64,000 bases of DNA from Camelus ferus (taxonomy: Eukaryota), in assembly GCF_009834535.1 (NCBI RefSeq), contig NC_045697.1:52144001-52208000 (forward strand), read 5' to 3'. Numbering within the stretch: position 1 is the stretch's first letter; every line of letters begins with the position of its first letter. Positions 14,941-27,350 of this stretch are shown here, one piece after another. Both the position numbers and the translations under genes were made by a program. Below the pieces are notes generated by a model. It was not told the origin of the DNA, did not search any database, and was given only the letters and a program-made list of their open reading frames with translations.

Positions 14941-15160
14941 TTTTCTTTTTAATTGAAGTACAGTCCATTCACAATGTTGTGCTAATTTCTAGTGTACAGC
15001 ATAGTGATTCATATATATATAGATATAGATATATAGATATATATACACACATATATTCCTTTTCATATTCTGTTTCATTATAGCCTATTACAAGATACTG
15101 AATATAGTTCCCTGTGCTGTATCGTAGGACCTTGTTGTTTGTATATTTTACATATAGCTA
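14941..15160 (-). mobile_element. L1 3' end (antisense) with an (AT/ATAG)n tract
   Basis: tttaattgaagtacagt...tgaatatagttccctgtgct is the reverse complement of the L1 3' end. Confidence 0.85.
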
Positions 15161-15164
15161 TTAG

Positions 15165-15584
15165 TGTTACAGCAGCCTGAATCCCATTGAGAGACCAAGT
15201 GACACTCAGAGGGTTGGAGGACTCAGCTTTATTACGCCAGCGGGCCCAGAGGAGTTAACACTCCAAGTTCTGGACCCCATCTATAAGTTTACAAAGACTT
15301 TTATAGGGCTTTAGGTTTTGATTAAGTTTGTGCCAAATGCACATGAGGTGTTAGAAATGGACCAAACAGGAGTGAGCTTTCAGGAATAAATGGAATTTTA
15401 GGGGTAAATGCTAATAAAGTGTTAGAAATGGACCAATCAGGAGTGAGCTTTTGGGAACCAATGGAATTTTGGGGGTAAGTTTCATTTCCCTAGAAGCAAG
15501 CCGTTTTACAGAAGTGCAAAAGTGGGAAGGCAATGGCCTTGCCTGGGAGGTCTTGCTGGTCCCTTTGTGGGTTTTGCCCCTTCA
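15165..15584 (-). mobile_element. ERV1-class solo LTR, 420 bp
   Basis: TG...CA termini with 4-bp target-site duplication TTAG (15161-64, 15585-88); antisense AATAAA near 15228; internal tandem repeat. Confidence 0.85.
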
Positions 15585-17559
15585 TTAGTATTAACTAAAG
15601 AGTTGTAAGTAAGGAGGCAATAACATGGTCCTATTTGCATTTTAAATAAATAACAGCAACAGAGGAAAGACTGGTCTAAAATTACATTAGTTATAATGCT
15701 TTAATTGCAAGTAAATGCAGCTTGAATAAGCTTAAGTAAAAAGAGACTTATTAGGATATTGAAATTTCTCATGTGAGTCAAGAAAGTGGTGGGTTATGAG
15801 AGCACTCGGCACTTTATGCTACTAACATTCATTTGGTCAGCTCATTCATCAGGGAAAGATACTAACAGTGCACTTTGATAGTATAAAGAGAATCTGAATG
15901 AAAAGAACACTCTGGCAAATGAAATCAACTTGAAGAAGGTCATTTCTACTGGACTATTATAATGGAAGAGTTTTAAGCAGCCTATAACAACCTAAAAAAC
16001 GTTAAAGACATTCCTTTGATGAAGAGTGTAAGATTTAAGAGTTACTAAAGGAACAGAATGTGTCAGGGAAGGAACTAAAGATGGGCTTTGTCTCCCAATT
16101 TTGCCTAGAAATAGCTTTGTTTAGGGAAAAACCTACATTTCTTCTGAAGCCAATAGCAAGACAGAGAAACAGGTAGGAGAGTACTTCAAATCAGTTTTTT
16201 AATTAGTTTATAATATTACATCAATTTCATGTGTCCAATAATCTATTTCAACTTCTGCATATGTTTTTTGATTCTTTATGAGCAAAAACTCCTGTGAAAC
16301 TTTACAGCTGAAATATTTAATGAAAATTCTGTTAAAGTATCTGTTTCCATTACAAATTTCTGAGTTGCTGTCACTACTGCTGTAACAGAGTGTCAGAAGA
16401 TTTCACTTGGTCTTTTTCACCCTTTTCCCCTCATCTGATTTACTAAAGTAATCATGGCAACATGAGACATCTCGTTTAAGCCAATTATTTCTTTCCAGTT
16501 TTAGAATCGCTGTGAACAATCAACATTTGAAAGAATTAAGGAAAGTAACATAAATAAGACTGAGTAAAGGTTCATGTACACTCAAATTGTTAGCATGTAA
16601 GTCCAGTTTTCATTTGGAAAAAGATAAAGTCAAGAGGATGCATTTGGCAGCTTGTGTAGAGATTTCTCAAGAGAACACCTAAGTGAGATGTTGCAACTTT
16701 TGCTACATGTAGTTTATCATTAAACCAAAGTGGCAGATGTTATTGCAAAAGCAGAGATAAAGTTATAATTTTTAAAAAATGAACTGGCTGATCTTAAGTT
16801 CTATAACAAAATTAATGGGAAACAATCTAGAGTATCTTTGAAAGAATTAATCAGAAGATGAAATACTGCTAAATAAAAAAACTATGGAAGTGCATATATT
16901 GTATTATCTTAAAAATAGAAACTGTAGTGTGTTAATAGTTAATTCTCTGAGTTCTGGGTTTCTTGGCTTTTTAAAATGTTTCGGCACTTGTTTAGAGTTT
17001 CTTTATTCCCAAATAATTTATAGTAAGACTAAAACACATTTTTTAATTAACTTGCAAAGTAAATTAAGAGTTTAGCCGAAGGAAAAGTTTGGAAGACTTG
17101 TAGTAGGCAGGAAGTTGATCTTTGAACAGCAAGACTATCTTGCCATATTGCCTCTAGCAATATTTAGAGTTTCTTCTAATCTTTACCATGTGGATTTCCA
17201 ACAGCTTTAGAGATAGCTCTGCTTAATTCTTGCTTAGTTATCCTTTTCAACTAGCTGAGCTCCATTTTCTGAACTTAACACTCAACTATTTTCAATATAG
17301 AAGGAGAATCTGACTAGAAATGTAACTGATTCATGCAGTTTGAGATTTTGATGGAATCTTTCCAGGCAGTTAATTGCTTAGCTTCTAAATTGATATCAGA
17401 CTTCTATATCACTTTTTTGTGATGGTCCTAAACCCACAATATAGGGCTGGCTCTAAGATATTTCCACTGAGTTCCAGACCTCATTAGATCCAGTAATCTT
17501 CTCAGATATTATAAATTTAGAGAGCCAGTGAAGAAACTGGGCAATAATTAGAATAAGAG

Positions 17560-17830
17560 CAATAGTTACCAGTGCACGCCACCACATTTGATGTTACAGA
17601 AGACCCTGCACATTATCTTAATTAAGCTCACAACCATCTTGTGACAAAGGTACACCACTTTGTATAGGAGAGAAACAAGGCTTAGAGAAACAGAATGATC
17701 TCCCAAGGTTACACAGCCAATAAGAGCTGAGTAGGGATTTTATTCCAGTCAGTGTACCCAACCCGTATCTGACCCTGTTTCCTAAAAAGAGGACTACTGC
17801 GAGAACCAGATCCTGACCTGATTCCAATGA
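17560..17830. mobile_element. MIR SINE fragment
   Basis: MIR core-like ggagagaaacaaggcttagaga...cccaaggttacacagc. Confidence 0.6.
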
Positions 17831-18103
17831 TGGAGTGAATCATAACTCCCTGTGCCTCTCTTCCGTAACATGATGATGTTGGATTCTGCATTCTACAAGG
17901 CTAGCTGTGAGCTCTCAAGTTCTATTATCTTAAAATATACTAATTGTACAGTATTAGAAAAAAGAACTTCAAATTAGCTCTAGTAGTCCAAGATTTGCCA
18001 CTGACTTTTGTGATTTGGGGCAAATCATTTAACCTCCCCAGTTATTTACTTCACTTCAAGAGTTATCTCTAATATGTATGTCAGTGCTTTAGAAAGATAT
18101 GTG

Positions 18104-18178
18104 GCGGGGTGGAGGGAGGGAGGGAGGTATAGCTCAGTGGTAGTGCCTAAGGACTTTCATTAAAAAAATTTTTTTTAA
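18104..18178 (+). mobile_element. Internally deleted camelid-type tRNA-derived SINE
   Basis: gggaggtatagctcagtggtag (A box) followed almost at once by the cattaaaaaaa tail; B box missing. Confidence 0.65.
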
Positions 18179-18550
18179 GATGTATGTAATATAGCACACA
18201 CTATATATAGTACTATAGCACAGTACTATCCCATCATCTTAAATAAAATTTATAGCATTGAAATTATGGATTTGAGCAATTGTGGTAAGTTGGCGTCTCA
18301 CTTTTTCCCCTTATTACTTAAACCTCTAGTCTGTGGTATTTTAAGATAATCCTTATTTGTAGCAGGTTTAAACAGAGGAAGACCTCCAAGTTTCCATTTA
18401 TACCCTTGAGAAGGGTAGGGACACATAAAGAGGGAGAATGCGTCCACTAATACATTATATAAGCTTTGGTATTAAAAAAAAAAACAAAAAAACCACAGTG
18501 GGAAAGAAAAAAAATCTACATATACCCTGACTCTTTTGTAGTCCAACAAA

Positions 18551-18563
18551 GTTAATGATTAAA
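18551..18563 (+). promoter_or_regulatory. HNF1 binding site (GTTAATGATTAAA)
   Basis: Differs from consensus GTTAATNATTAAC only at the last base; about 180 bp upstream of the presumed TSS. GC promoters are known to be HNF1-driven. Confidence 0.8.
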
Positions 18564-18669
18564 TCTCCTCGATTTTCCACTACATTTTCCCCAGGTTATC
18601 TATTTGCCTTCATTGATGATATTTTATCTCTTGTGGGCCAAGGATGACTGCCCTTGGTTCTGTGTAGAG

Positions 18670-18712
18670 ATTAATAATTGATTAGTCCATAGTCAGGAAT
18701 CTCAGTAAAAGG
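18670..18712 (+). promoter_or_regulatory. Proximal HNF1-like site (ATTAATAATTGAT) and non-canonical TATA-like element (AGTAAAA)
   Basis: Motifs at 18670-18682 and 18704-18710, about 90-125 bp upstream of the ATG. Confidence 0.65.
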
Positions 18713-18795
18713 GGAGTGGTTACTTTAGGCTGCCATGTTTTTTACTGGGTAACCTACAGGAGACAGGGGGTCCTGCAGGATTTGCCCACAGAAAA

Positions 18796-18853
18796 ATGAA
18801 GAGGATCCTGGTTTTCCTGCTTGCTGTAGCATGTGTGCGTGCTCTAGAGAGAG
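18796..18853 (+). CDS. GC: GC exon 1 coding part (signal peptide MKRILVFLLAVACVRA, then LER-G)
   Basis: AAAATG start; donor GAG|gtaaga at 18854; phase 1. Confidence 0.97.
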
Positions 18854-21800
18854 GTAAGACTTCCAGTGCTGTGACCATTTACAGAAACTCTCACTAGTCT
18901 AATTCTGTTACATTTAAAAAGTTTATACACAAGGTGAAAAACAGAAGAATTGTGGCATATATTGGGGAGAGAGGGAAGAATTAAAGGGGGTTAATCAGAG
19001 CTCAAATGTGACATACAGTGTTCTATTAGAATAGCCAAGAAATCAAGATAAGAATCTCACGAAAGAAAGAAAAACTATATAATCTGTCACTTTCTTTCCC
19101 AGATTTAATAACCAAGATCTGAGAATGGTTCAAAACTAGAATTTTTTAATTTGTTAAATGATAATGCAAATGGAGGCTGTGATCCATCACTGAGCTTTTT
19201 TTCCCCCTCAGACTTCAAATATTTATTGCCATTCAGAGTTCAGTATACCATAACGATGTATGTATGAAGTCAACTGAGATTTCTGTGATCTTCAAGAAAT
19301 CCTTTATAAGTAGTATTTGAAAATGCATTATAGTTTCTAAAATATTTCACATAGAAGAATTTAATACCTATGAAACATGGCTACAAGATATTTCAGCTAT
19401 GTTTCATTAAGATCATTCATCAAATGATGTCTTCATCTTTGAGCAATATGCAACTTTATCAATTTTGCACCTTGGGAACTTCCCATAATCAGTTTCAATT
19501 TACTTTCTGGCTGATTCTTTAATGTTTATAAAGGAATTAGCTTTAATCTTGCTTTGAAAAATTGAAATTAAAATTTTCTTATAGTGCTGTCAGTTAATAG
19601 CTTCACTCAAGTCATACGTTAGTATTCATATTAACAACATTTAACCAGTGGAATAAAATGTGGATCCCAGAAATTATCAGTTATTAACTGTGACACAAAT
19701 AACCTTACTCCTGACTTTTATTTTTGTACCTACTTTTTTAATCTTACTTTCATCATTCAAATTATTTTAAATTTTATCTTATTCAATGCCCCTTATGAGA
19801 CCTCTGAACAGGCCAAGTCCCCAGGAACCCTGAAAGCTTACTCCCTTGCTGAGGGTTTCCCGGGGGCAGATCTGAACCTGAAAAATCCTACTGAAGTACA
19901 TTCAGACCCGAGTCTTCAAAACACAGCAAGTCTGGTAATGGTTAGGCCCTGGGCTTGTATGTGGATGCCAAAATGTGGAACATGAGCTACCACTGTGAGC
20001 TACCGACTCAGTAAGTGTACACTGTAACTCTTTGAAGTGAAGCCAATGTGCTTTGGAGGATAACAGGATTCTGCAACCTCTATTTCAATATCCTTTAGCA
20101 TTCTCTTAGCTCTGATGAAATTGATGCTAAAAACTTCAAGTCAGCTCCCTTGAAGGTCTGAATTTCAGATTACCTCTTAGTCCTCTGTTCTCTAATACCT
20201 GAGCATGACCCAAATAGCAAGTCAGTGATTTACCTGGAAGCTACATGTGCTCTATCCTGGCAGGACGCTACAAAGTATGCACAAGAAAGGAGTCGAGAGG
20301 AATTTTAGATGCTGGAGAATTGGTTTGGGTTGTGGTACTGTCTGTTAAGTTCTAGAGAGCTGAACGACCACCCACAGCATTTGTCTAAAACACCTTTTCC
20401 AAAGTATATTTCCCTCAAGACTCATCTTGGAAAAAAGTCTCCATGGCCAAACACATTTAATAAATAAGCCATAATTAGTCCCTCTTGGTTGGTTTGCAAT
20501 CAATGCTTTTGCTGTCCGAGCAGTTCTGAGAAACCAAAACAAAGAAAATTTAGCCCAGAGTTTCCCCAATGAGCTCTTTCCTAAAATGCCTGTATCCCAT
20601 GAAGTAGTCTTTGGAAAACCCCAGCTCTAAAATGCACACTGCTGCAGCTCCACGTGAACATCAGCTCGTCAGGCCCTTCCTCTCTCATCAAATGGCTTTG
20701 GGGATTCAGTTCACAAGCCCCTGGGTATGCCTTGGGCGAGAAGGGCTTACCAAATATGCCAAGTCTAGATGATATTATAATATCCACTTTATCTATCGTA
20801 TGAGCGGCAAGAAAGTTATGTTCACAGATTGCCTCCTCTTGGCTTCTTTACTCAAAACTAAAATAGATAAAGCACTAACCTAAATTATATCTTTCCCTCT
20901 TGCCAAGAAACAAGCAAGAAGGCTACTGACAGGAAATAATGCTACAAGAGATAAAACACTGCTGTTTGTAAGAGCTGTTTTTAAGAACAAGATATTATAA
21001 ACATTTTCCTTTTGCTTTAAGCATTTCATCCTCAGCATAATTTTATTAAGCATGTTATCTAACAGCGAGAAGAAAGTTTCCCTTGGGTTGATGGATAACT
21101 GTATTTTTCCCTCTCCCACTTACCCATCAAAAGAGGCTTAGACAATGTGGTTTATCCCAACCTTCCAAAACACCGCTGAATCACTCTCTTTTCTACAGAT
21201 TGTCCCTTCATCAGTAGTCATATGAAAAAGCTGTCCTAAGTTTGATTCAGTGACATAGCTGTACAGCATTCTACAAAGTAATTCAGAATAAGCAGTCTAT
21301 TTTCCCACATATATCTGTATATTCTCTCTGCAAAACAAACACAACGGTGACTGGGGAGGTGACACAGATTTGAGAGCTACATGATGAAAAGAAGACAGAC
21401 ATGCAAATATCTACTATGTTTCAAGCTGAAGGTGCAAAAAGTCCTGAGCTAGGAACAAATACCGCCTGATCCAAGTTCACAAGGCAGCCAGAGTAAAAGC
21501 ATTTTTCAGGCTTAGCTGAGAGGGGGAAGGAGGAAGAGGTGAAGTCAGAGAGGTCGCTAACTCCATCATCAAAAGCCATGTCAACCTCCCTGAAAATCAA
21601 CAGCAAAGTAACACTTTGTTGTTCTGAGGTGCAATGCCAGGTATGCACTCACCATCGTGTGTGGGGTACGGGGATAAGTACAGACACTTTGAAAGGCCAC
21701 AGGGTTGATTTATATAGGAGAAAGATGAAGAAATTCTTAAAAGGAAACAACTACCCTCCCCTTAGTATCTGTGGTCACTTAACTTCTTTATTATGTCCAT

Positions 21801-21899
21801 TGCTCCCTCCTTGCTCGTATTTTCCCCAAGTTGATGCCACTTCAGCCTACTGGCCTCCACACTCTGTACTCTGCACCCCAGGGGTTTGCATTAGCACCT

Positions 21900-22200
21900 C
21901 CCTCCTCTGAGAACACTGATCCTCCTCTATCTGCTCCAAGTTCACATGTAGAGAAGGCTTCCCTGACCTACCTACCTCAAATAGCACCTCCTACACCATT
22001 TTTCTCTATTCCCTTCCCCTGCTTTAGCTTTGTTTTGCCTTTGTTTTTAGCACTCATCACCTTATCATCAGCTGCTCATTTGTTTATTGTAATGAAAGTA
22101 AAATATAGAATGTAAGTTCCATGAAATCAAGTAAGTTCTGTTCCTTACTGGAATCCCCAGTTTTAGAACACTACTTGCTACATAGTAAGTATTCAATAGA
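21900..22200 (+). mobile_element. LINE-2 3' end
   Basis: tagaatgtaagttccatga...catagtaagtattcaata, the L2 terminal signature. Confidence 0.65.
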
Positions 22201-22399
22201 TTTTCGGAATAAAATCACAAAATGGGTAGCTTCCCCACACTGTAGTTTTGAGTATTTAAGGAAAATTAAATGTCAACTAGGACAATCGATATCTTAGAAG
22301 GAATAAACTTGCAAGCCTCTTGTTATTTTCATTATAATTATATAAAGTGTTCACTGTGAAGCATTGGCACTAGATTTCATGCACTGAATAGAACAGCTA

Positions 22400-22635
22400 A
22401 TCATTTATTGACAATGTACTAGCATGTTTAAAATCTCTTAAATTTATTTCACCCTTTCAACACCATGAGGAGCTCAGCACTAATCTCCTCGTTTTATAAA
22501 TGGGGAAAACTGAGGAAAAGAGAGGTTAAGTAACTTATCCAAAGTAACCAAGCAAGTAAGTAGCAGGATCCGAATTTTACATCAGTTCATTGGGTTTACA
22601 GAGACAATGCTCACAATCACGACTTTGCTGCCTCT
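22400..22635. mobile_element. MIR SINE
   Basis: MIR core gaaaactgagg...agaggttaagtaacttatccaaagtaacc. Confidence 0.7.
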
Positions 22636-23384
22636 TGTGAGATACACACCTGCAATACTGTCTTTCACTAATATTAGAACAAGTGTAAGAGAGAACCAGT
22701 CACTAACAGGGAGGGAATTAAGTGAAATCTATGCTGTCTACCATGGTCATCCATAACTGACCCAAACCCCAGTTTATTCCTATTCCATGAAACCAGCTCT
22801 GTTTCCTAACTTTCCTCTTTATTTTCCCAGCACCATCACCTCTGAATCATTTATGTTCAAATCTGTAGAACCCTCTGGGGTTTTACATTATTTTTCTTAA
22901 CTATATTCAATCAAGTCCGTATTCTATACATTTCATCCCTGAAATGCATCAGCCTTGCACAGAACCTTCTCAGTATTCCCTTTATCTTCTTTATCCTCTC
23001 CATGTATTTGGTTCTGAAGGCCTATGAACACTGATCCTTTTATCTGCTACATTTCCATTTCCACATACTGTTCTCATCCAGGTCCCTGTTCCCCTTCACC
23101 CGGCCATTGTAATGGCTTCCTTAATCAAATCTCTACCTCCCATCCCTTCCCTAATCAATTCATATTAAAATGCAATGCAAAACCTGACATAATGTGGTAA
23201 ATGGAGCCCAAAAATAAATAAAAATCAGGCCCGTTATTGGGGGATTAATGAAGTGTTGGGATTGAACATGTATAGTTGGCTGGTGAGACTCCAGGGATAA
23301 GACTGATATAAATCCACCCCAGTTCTGATCTGTTTGGAGTCACCTGATGGTAGGTGCGACTTCAGGCTTAAATAGTGATGAGTG

Positions 23385-23870
23385 TGTGGTAGGCAGAATG
23401 AGCATTCTCCAAAAAATGTCTACATCCTAATGCCTGGAACCTGCAAATAGGTTGCTTACATCGCAAGGGAGAATTAAGATGGCAGATAGAATAAATGTTG
23501 CTAAGCAGCTGACCTTAAAATAGAAAAATAATGTAGGATTATCTGAGTGGGGCCAATAATCACAAGGGGTTTTAAGGTGGAAAAGGGAAGCATAAGAGAT
23601 GTCACTAAGGAGAAAATGCACAAAGAGATACAAAGTTGCTGATCTTGAAGATAGAGGAAGGGGTTCTTGAGCCAAGAGACACAGGCCAACTCTATAAGCT
23701 GGAATAGGTAAGGAAATGAATTCTCCCCTAGAGACTCCAGGAAGAACACAGCCCTGCCGACAACTTGATTTTAGCCCTGTAAGACCTGTGTCAGACTACC
23801 CAGTAGAACTGTAAGTTTAAGCCATTAAATGTGTAGCAATCTGTTACAGTAGCAATAGAAATTTAATACA
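23385..23870 (+). mobile_element. MaLR solo LTR (MLT1D-like) in intron 1
   Basis: Starts tgtggtaggcagaat, ends agcaatagaaatttaataca; internal aatgaattctcccctagag...cagccctgccgacaacttgattttagccc. Confidence 0.85.
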
Positions 23871-26800
23871 TTAGGTTTCTGGGTCCTGTGACAGGCTGGG
23901 ACTTCCCAAGGGAAAAGAGTGCTGAGTGACGGCATCTCATTGTTGATAGACTGCAATTTTATTGGCCAGATCCAGGGAGAAATGAGCAGGAGATAACTGG
24001 GGTACGTGTGGGCTCATTTCCTTGCTTTCTCAAAGTATTCTATTTTTACCTTCTCCTCCATGTTCCTCTGACCAGGGGAACCTGGTCAGCCTACCTCCTG
24101 AGAAAAGGACTACAGCATATCACGTGGGATCCTAATTACAGGGGCACATGTATCTCGTAATTTATCTTATCACTGCATCTCACTATAAGAGTTGCTAACA
24201 TTCACTGAGGGTTTACCACATGTTAGGCAAGAGATGTACTAAATATTTTTATATAGATTAACATTTCATAGAACAGCCTTAACAAGGTACTATTTCTCTT
24301 CAATCTAAGATTTCTCTTCCCTGAATACAGCTATGAGTTGGTCATTACCCTACGTGAGTATATTTCAACAGATACCCCATTACTTTAAAATGTAAGTAAA
24401 ACTTTGGTGATCAAGTCTTCCAGTGTGTAAGTCCCATACTTCAGTTTCATTATGGGATTGCTCATTTGCCACACATGACTTGTGACTTTCTAACTTCAGG
24501 TATTTCTCCATGTTGTTCTCCCCACTTAAAATCCCCCCCCCCCCGATTCACTTGCTCCTGTTAAAGTCCTGCCCATCGTTCATGGTCCACTTCAAGTAAT
24601 AACTCCTTTCACGAGGCTTTCTAAAAGCCTTTTTTCATTCTATGGTTTCATGACGCTTTGTTTCAATCTCTTCTATGGCAATGATCACTGTCAGTGTTCT
24701 ATTCTTATCTCTACAATCAGACCTCAGGTCCTTAAGTATTGGTAGCTTTCACGTTTTTGGCATGGTGCTTTATCATGTTATTTATTTTTATATCGCTTTG
24801 AAAACTAAGCCCTGCAATGAATTCTAAGTTTCCAAGTCAAAATGCTGAAGACAACACCCTCACTCACACCGAAGGTGGGAGAGGGAACTTGCTCTTTTAT
24901 CTTCACTCCTGCAAAAGCACTTGTAAGTGACAAGGTGCTCAACCTTGAAGGGGAGGGGAGGTGGAATGAGATGCGTGAAGAAAGAATGCCTCCTTTGGGA
25001 CTTTGGTGAATGTAGCATCTATATGCATTACCACCTGTGTTGAGCCCAAAGACATTAAATTTCAGTGAGTCTCTGAGGCCATCCACTACTGCAATCACAG
25101 TTTCTGGCCAACTGCCCCACTGCCCCTGTATTAATTTTCAAAATACAAAATTTTCCACTGATGGCACCCTAAGAAGTATAGTTAATTTCCTCTCAATTAA
25201 TCTATAGATGTCATGCAGAACTCTTAGTATTAAAAAGGATTGAATTTCTTTCCATCGACTCTAACTGAAAAAATCACACCTGCCTGCAAACATCAGTATC
25301 AATATCAAAAACCAGACCGATGCTTTATGCAATGAGGATTTAAAGTGTCGATGGGAATGCAACCCCAAAAGCCTGAAAAATGAAATAAAAGTACTAATTT
25401 GATTGCCACTTCTTTATTGACAGTGTTTTTAATGATATAACAGTTTTATTTAGTTCCAATCAGGGTAGCTTCCTAAACCAACCCAACAATGTTTAACTTC
25501 TCAACTAAAACCACTACTCTGAACTTCTAGCCTAACTAGTTTGAATGAATACTACAAACCATATTCTTAAGCTGAAAAAAAAATTATACTGACCTCTTCT
25601 GAAATAGATGAGTCTGTTGGTGTAGAATGGAAATAAAAACACCAAAGGAATAAAATTGCAAAAATATAAATGCCCAATAGTTCTAAAAGCCCATGATTCT
25701 CCAGAACATAAGAGGAAAACAGCAGCTTAAGACAGTCCCTAGCAGCCTGTGTAAGCATGTATTCACATCAACATTGTTCTCGGTCCACCCACTGCTCATG
25801 GTATACAAACACCTTTTCTAGGGAACCAAACATCGTAACAGCAGTTAAAGCATTCAAAATACCCTTTTTAGCAAAGTTTATACCAAGACAGCGAGTACTG
25901 TGTTGTTTATCTCCAGTAGATTGAAATCTCACGAGGACAAGGATGTCTATTTTGCTCTCCATTGAATACTCAGTACTGAACCCAATGCCTGGTGCAGAGT
26001 AAGTCTTCAAAACATGTATGAATGAGTCAGCTGTGTGGGGAGAGGGGAGATTGCAAGAAGCACTGAAGACTTCCTGAAAGTAAATGAAGTGTTTTCAAAA
26101 GTCCAGAATTAGATACAATTTACCAGAATGTTTCACAATACAGATGGAAAAGGGAATGCTATTGCAAAAAGCAACAGTTCCATTAAATGACATTTGTAAA
26201 CATTTAGCGCTGAGGGGTCACAATGTGAAAGTGATTTCACTAGTGTCACTAGGATTATGTCAATATTTACTGAAACCGTATCGTATCAAAGTCCAGACTG
26301 CCTTCTTCATAACTACATGGCACATCAAAGAACAGTATGTCATTTGCAATTCATTTGAGATAGGATTTAATTTTATGAATCAAAGTGAGCTCAACGGGTG
26401 TGAAAACATTTATTAGGCAGTATTCCATGGAATGAGGAAACAATTTATAACAATCATATTGCATATTAACTTCAGTATTCGTTATTTTTTGATGAAAAAG
26501 TGATTAACATATCTGCTTAATCTGGTAAGCTATAGATCTTCTCTGAATAAATGAATAAATGAATTTTTATAAGAAATATTTCAAATAGTCTACCTGAAAG
26601 ATACATGGTGCAACAGCTTCCTCTACAGGGTATTGTTAAAAGAGCAGTTCTATCCTCAGAATTCTCAATTTCTTTCCTGCCTCTTTCGGGCTTCTTCCCT
26701 TGCTTCTGTCTCGCCCAAGGCTGAATATTCCAGCAAAAATGGTTTCAAAGCCATTTTAAGTCTTACATAGTTGATCTAGTTTTCCACTTTTTCTATCATC

Positions 26801-27171
26801 ATTTCGCTTTCTAACTAAAGCAGTACATAACACCCAGGGATTCCAATGTACTTCTGTGCAAACACAAACAGTTGATTTAATTAAAGCTATATAACAGGAG
26901 ACTTATCTGTAGTGTCCACTCACACGTGCGTTCACATTCTCAACACACTGAACAAAGCTCTCCTTTCTTGGAGAAGTGAGAAATCTGAATCTGGAAAGCC
27001 AGAAACAAAATAGTTCTTAAAATGTTCATCGGAGGTGTCCCCATTGAATGCAGACTCTCATTTTGCATATTTCCTGAGTGGTCACAATAAAATAAAAATG
27101 ACCTCCGCAGTTCTATAGGAAGAGTTTATGAAACAATGTTGGCTCCTCTGCATTAAGAAGAAAGGGGTTCT

Positions 27172-27350
27172 ACTAAATATAAAACATATACAAGTTTATA
27201 CTGTACAGCAGAGGGAAGTGTATTCAATATTTTGTAGTAACCTAAAATGAAAAAGGATATGAAAGCAAATATATGTATGTACATGTATGACTGAAGCATT
27301 GTGCTGTACACCAGAAATTGACACAGCATTGTAAACTGACTGAAAATAAA
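27172..27350 (+). mobile_element. Short L1 3' end
   Basis: gtgctgtacaccagaaattgacacagcattgtaaactgact; flanked by AAGAAGAAAG at 27155 and 27351. Confidence 0.8.

Noticed and set aside
15348..15479. Repeat-spacer or CRISPR-like structure
   Set aside because: Only two copies, inside an LTR in mammalian DNA, with no array or cas genes.
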